In this document: one piece after another, positions 16,811 through 19,359 of the stretch
Numbering within the stretch: position 1 is the first letter of the stretch
Layout: every line of letters begins with the position of its first letter
The notes under the pieces: generated by a model
What the model was told of the DNA's origin: nothing
The model's input: the letters and a program-made list of their open reading frames with translations, nothing else
Databases searched by the model: none
Translations under genes and position numbers: made by a program
Origin: a bacterium
Lineage (GTDB): Bacteria > Hinthialibacterota > Hinthialibacteria > Hinthialibacterales > Hinthialibacteraceae
Assembly (NCBI GenBank): GCA_041946805.1
Contig: JBHGBC010000113.1
Location: 1 to 19,359 of the forward strand
DNA length: 19,359 nt
Direction: 5' to 3'

Positions 16811-19021
16811 TTACTTGTCCTCGCTTTTATAGCGGATGACGCCGTTTTCCATTTGTTGTTTCTGAGAGGGTTTTTTGTTGTTGCGGGAAGACGGTTTCAC
16901 CGCCTTGGCGGACGCGCCGTTGGAGGAGTTGGTTTTGCTGGAGGCCCCCTCATCCCGCAAGGCCTCGTCGATGGCCTTTTCCTCGTATTTCTTTTCGTTG
17001 TCCCAATCCAGCAGTTTGTCGTTGATTTTCGTTTCCTCGAACTTGGTCACGCCCCGGTTCTGCAGGTCGCGCAGCCGCTGGGTGTTGTCGACCTGGGCGA
17101 AATCGAAGGGATCGTCGATGTTGACGATGCGGGGGGTGATGAAGACCAGGAGTTTTTGCTTGTCGTCGGAGGTGGTTTTTTTCTTGAACAGGTTCCCGAG
17201 CACGGGGATGCTGCTGATGAAGGGGACACCCGAATGGGAGCGGCTTTGGGAGCGGTTGATGATGCCGCCGAGGACCACGGTCCGGCCGCTCTTGACCGTG
17301 ACGGCGGTGGTGATGAAGGATCCGTCGACCGCCAGGCCGTCGCCCAGGTTGGCCAATTGCACGCGGCGCGCCCGGGTGTCTTCCATCGAGATGTACATTT
17401 CCACGTAGCCGGCTTCGCTGGCGTAGACTTCGAGATCCAAGAGCGTACCGACCTGGCGCGAGCGCTGGGTGAAATAATCCCCTCCCCCGCCTGAGCTGTA
17501 GCCGTAATACCCTTGCTGGCGCACGGCATAGGGCTCTTCCGAACCCAGGTTGAAGGATCCGACTTCCCCGTCCTGGACCAGCAGCCGGGGGCTGGCGATC
17601 ACTTCCGCCATGCGTTTTTCGACCATGGCGTCGATCTGGAACCGGTAATTGCCCTGGCTGACATCCATCAGCGTGAGGCCGTTGGAGCCCGTGGTCAGGA
17701 AAGGATTGAACGAAAAGAAGCCCTGGGTGGCGGAACCGATCTGGTCGGGGGCGTTGGGGTTGCCGCCCGCGCCGATATCCTTGCCGAAGGCGGCGGAGGT
17801 GCCGAGGGTCAGCGACTTGTTGGTGTTGATCTGGACGATGTCGGCCTCGATCCAGATTTGCTGGGTGGGGATATCGAGTTCCCGGACCAGGCGGAGCACC
17901 TGGTCGACGACCGAGGGGATGTCCTGAAGGAAGATGCGGTTGGTGCGCGGATCGAAGTCGACGTAGCCGTTTTCGGTGAGGAGGCCCTCGATGAGGGGCA
18001 TCACGTCCTCGGGGAGGGCGAAGGCGAGGGGGATCACCTCGAACTTCAGTTCCACGTCGAGGGCTTCGATGATGGCCTGGGCCTGATCGAGGCGTTCGGG
18101 GGTGTCGGTGATGATGAGGCGGTTGTTGCGGGCGTCGACGAAGAGTTCGCCTTCCTGGGTGTTGATCACGCCGGCGAGTTGATCGGCCACTTCCTGGGCG
18201 TTGGCGTAGCGGAGGTTGAAGACGCGGGTTTCGGTTTGCACGTCCAGTTGCTGGATCAGCTGGTCCATGGCTTCGACGGCGGCGGGGATGTCGCGGACGA
18301 TGATTTTTTGGGAATCGGGATCGATGATGACCTGTCCGTTGGGGCTGCGCATCCCTTCGAGCGTATCCTGGAGTTGGGTGACGTCGAGATAGACGGGGGT
18401 AAAGGTGCGGGTGATCAGTTCCACGTCTTCGACTTTCATGCCGCCGATCACCTGTTGCGAGCCGATGCGGATGGCGCCGCTGTCGAGCACGATGTAATCG
18501 AGGCCGTTGGCGGGGAGGACGGTCTCGAGGACCTCGCGCACGGTGGGATTCTGGAGGTTGAAGGTGACCTTTTTGTTGCTGCCTTCGTCCAGGGCGAATT
18601 GGAGGCCGCTTTCCGCCTGAAGCAGGCTGATCAAGGTCGAGAGATCCTGATTGCGGGCGATGACGGGGCCGTCGATGCGCTTGTCCAGGCCGCCCCCGGC
18701 GGGCTGGGCGGATTGGGCGGCCTGTCCCGCGGGGGCGCCCGGCGGGCTTTGCGCGGGTCGTCCCAGGGGGCGGGGGGACGAGGTCCGGGGCGGACGGGGA
18801 ACCTGGGGCGTAGGCGCTTCGGGCGCGGGCGCCTCGGAGACGCCGGGGGCGTTGGCCTCGGGCGCGGCGGCGCCGGAGGTATCGCCGGCCGGCTGGGGAG
18901 GCGGCAGGGTTTGCTGCGCATCCACGGCCGGGACCAGCCAAAGGCCAAAGACGAGAGCGGCAATGAGAAAACGGACCACGGGATGAGAACGGCGCAAGGG
19001 GTTACTCCTTTTTGGAAACAT
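16811..19021 (-). CDS. Outer-membrane secretin (GspD-like architecture; type II secretion or type IV pilus)
   Basis: Signal peptide ending AVDA, Pro-rich linker, N0-like domain, three Secretin_N-like repeats, and a secretin domain with GRTVVLGGII...GVPFISSIPVLGNLFKK...LLVFITPRIV. Confidence 0.92.
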   Translation of the reverse strand: MFPKRSNPLRRSHPVVRFLIAALVFGLWLVPAVDAQQTLPPPQPAGDTSGAAAPEANAPGVSEAPAPEAPTPQVPRPPRTSSPRPLGRPAQSPPGAPAGQAAQSAQPAGGGLDKRIDGPVIARNQDLSTLISLLQAESGLQFALDEGSNKKVTFNLQNPTVREVLETVLPANGLDYIVLDSGAIRIGSQQVIGGMKVEDVELITRTFTPVYLDVTQLQDTLEGMRSPNGQVIIDPDSQKIIVRDIPAAVEAMDQLIQQLDVQTETRVFNLRYANAQEVADQLAGVINTQEGELFVDARNNRLIITDTPERLDQAQAIIEALDVELKFEVIPLAFALPEDVMPLIEGLLTENGYVDFDPRTNRIFLQDIPSVVDQVLRLVRELDIPTQQIWIEADIVQINTNKSLTLGTSAAFGKDIGAGGNPNAPDQIGSATQGFFSFNPFLTTGSNGLTLMDVSQGNYRFQIDAMVEKRMAEVIASPRLLVQDGEVGSFNLGSEEPYAVRQQGYYGYSSGGGGDYFTQRSRQVGTLLDLEVYASEAGYVEMYISMEDTRARRVQLANLGDGLAVDGSFITTAVTVKSGRTVVLGGIINRSQSRSHSGVPFISSIPVLGNLFKKKTTSDDKQKLLVFITPRIVNIDDPFDFAQVDNTQRLRDLQNRGVTKFEETKINDKLLDWDNEKKYEEKAIDEALRDEGASSKTNSSNGASAKAVKPSSRNNKKPSQKQQMENGVIRYKSEDK

Positions 19022-19069
19022 TCTTTTTCACCTGCCGGTCAGGGACCAGGGCAACCTTCGTACGGGATC

Positions 19070-19357
19070 TTACCGGGGCTGATTCGGCGGATTAGGCATG
19101 CTGACTTGCTGGTTGATCTCGCCGATGGTCCCCGTGTTGATGTCTTTGACCTTCACCCGGGGCAGTTGGGGATCGGGGATCAGTTCCAGGATCTGGAAAT
19201 CGCCATGGCCCGGCGCGGCGTCGTCCAGGATATCGCCCACTTTCACGGGGTGGGAGGTTCCGTCGTATTTCAACAGAATGGCGAAATTTTTTAAAACCAT
19301 GTCCACCTTCCAGTTTTTCGCGGGGATGACCGGAGTGGGCGTGGGTTCGGGCCGGGG
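19070..19357 (-). CDS. 3' end of a probable PilP/GspC-like protein (start lies beyond the right edge)
   Basis: Frame is open to the window edge (PRPEPTPTPVIPAKNWKVDMVLKNFAILLKYDGTSHPVKVGDILDD...). Pro-Thr linker then a beta-rich domain with VKVGD, directly upstream of the secretin. The family call is inference. Confidence 0.55.
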   Translation of the reverse strand, partial: PRPEPTPTPVIPAKNWKVDMVLKNFAILLKYDGTSHPVKVGDILDDAAPGHGDFQILELIPDPQLPRVKVKDINTGTIGEINQQVSMPNPPNQPR

Positions 19358-19359
19358 GG

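Noticed and set aside
1312..19294. Long overlapping or antisense ORFs (1331..3715, 4968..6383, 6566..7825, 11399..12760, 16950..18941, 17513..19294 and others)
   Set aside because: Shadow frames expected from high third-position GC in real genes; no motifs of their own.

Overview
Mostly housekeeping and cell-envelope region of a high-GC bacterium, probably diderm (it has a secretin). Left to right: the 5' end of an exported hypothetical gene running off the left edge (minus strand, missed by the ORF track); clpB; GDP-mannose genes manC and manB; ileS-lspA-lgt; a GT-C (ArnT/PMT-like) membrane glycosyltransferase; pgeF/yfiH (minus); a TPR lipoprotein coupled to hpt; a divergent gamma-glutamylcyclotransferase-fold gene (minus); a GspD-like secretin and the 3' end of a probable PilP/GspC-like gene (both minus). 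The larger intergenic gaps hold three kinds of short palindromic REP-like repeats and one 3 x 24-bp tandem repeat. I found no transposase, integrase, tRNA, rRNA or CRISPR array, and no clearly demonstrable new system. The best leads are a two-hairpin repeat with fixed geometry and co-varying stems, a possible lipoprotein-glycosylation neighbourhood, and a GGCT homologue lacking its catalytic Glu.
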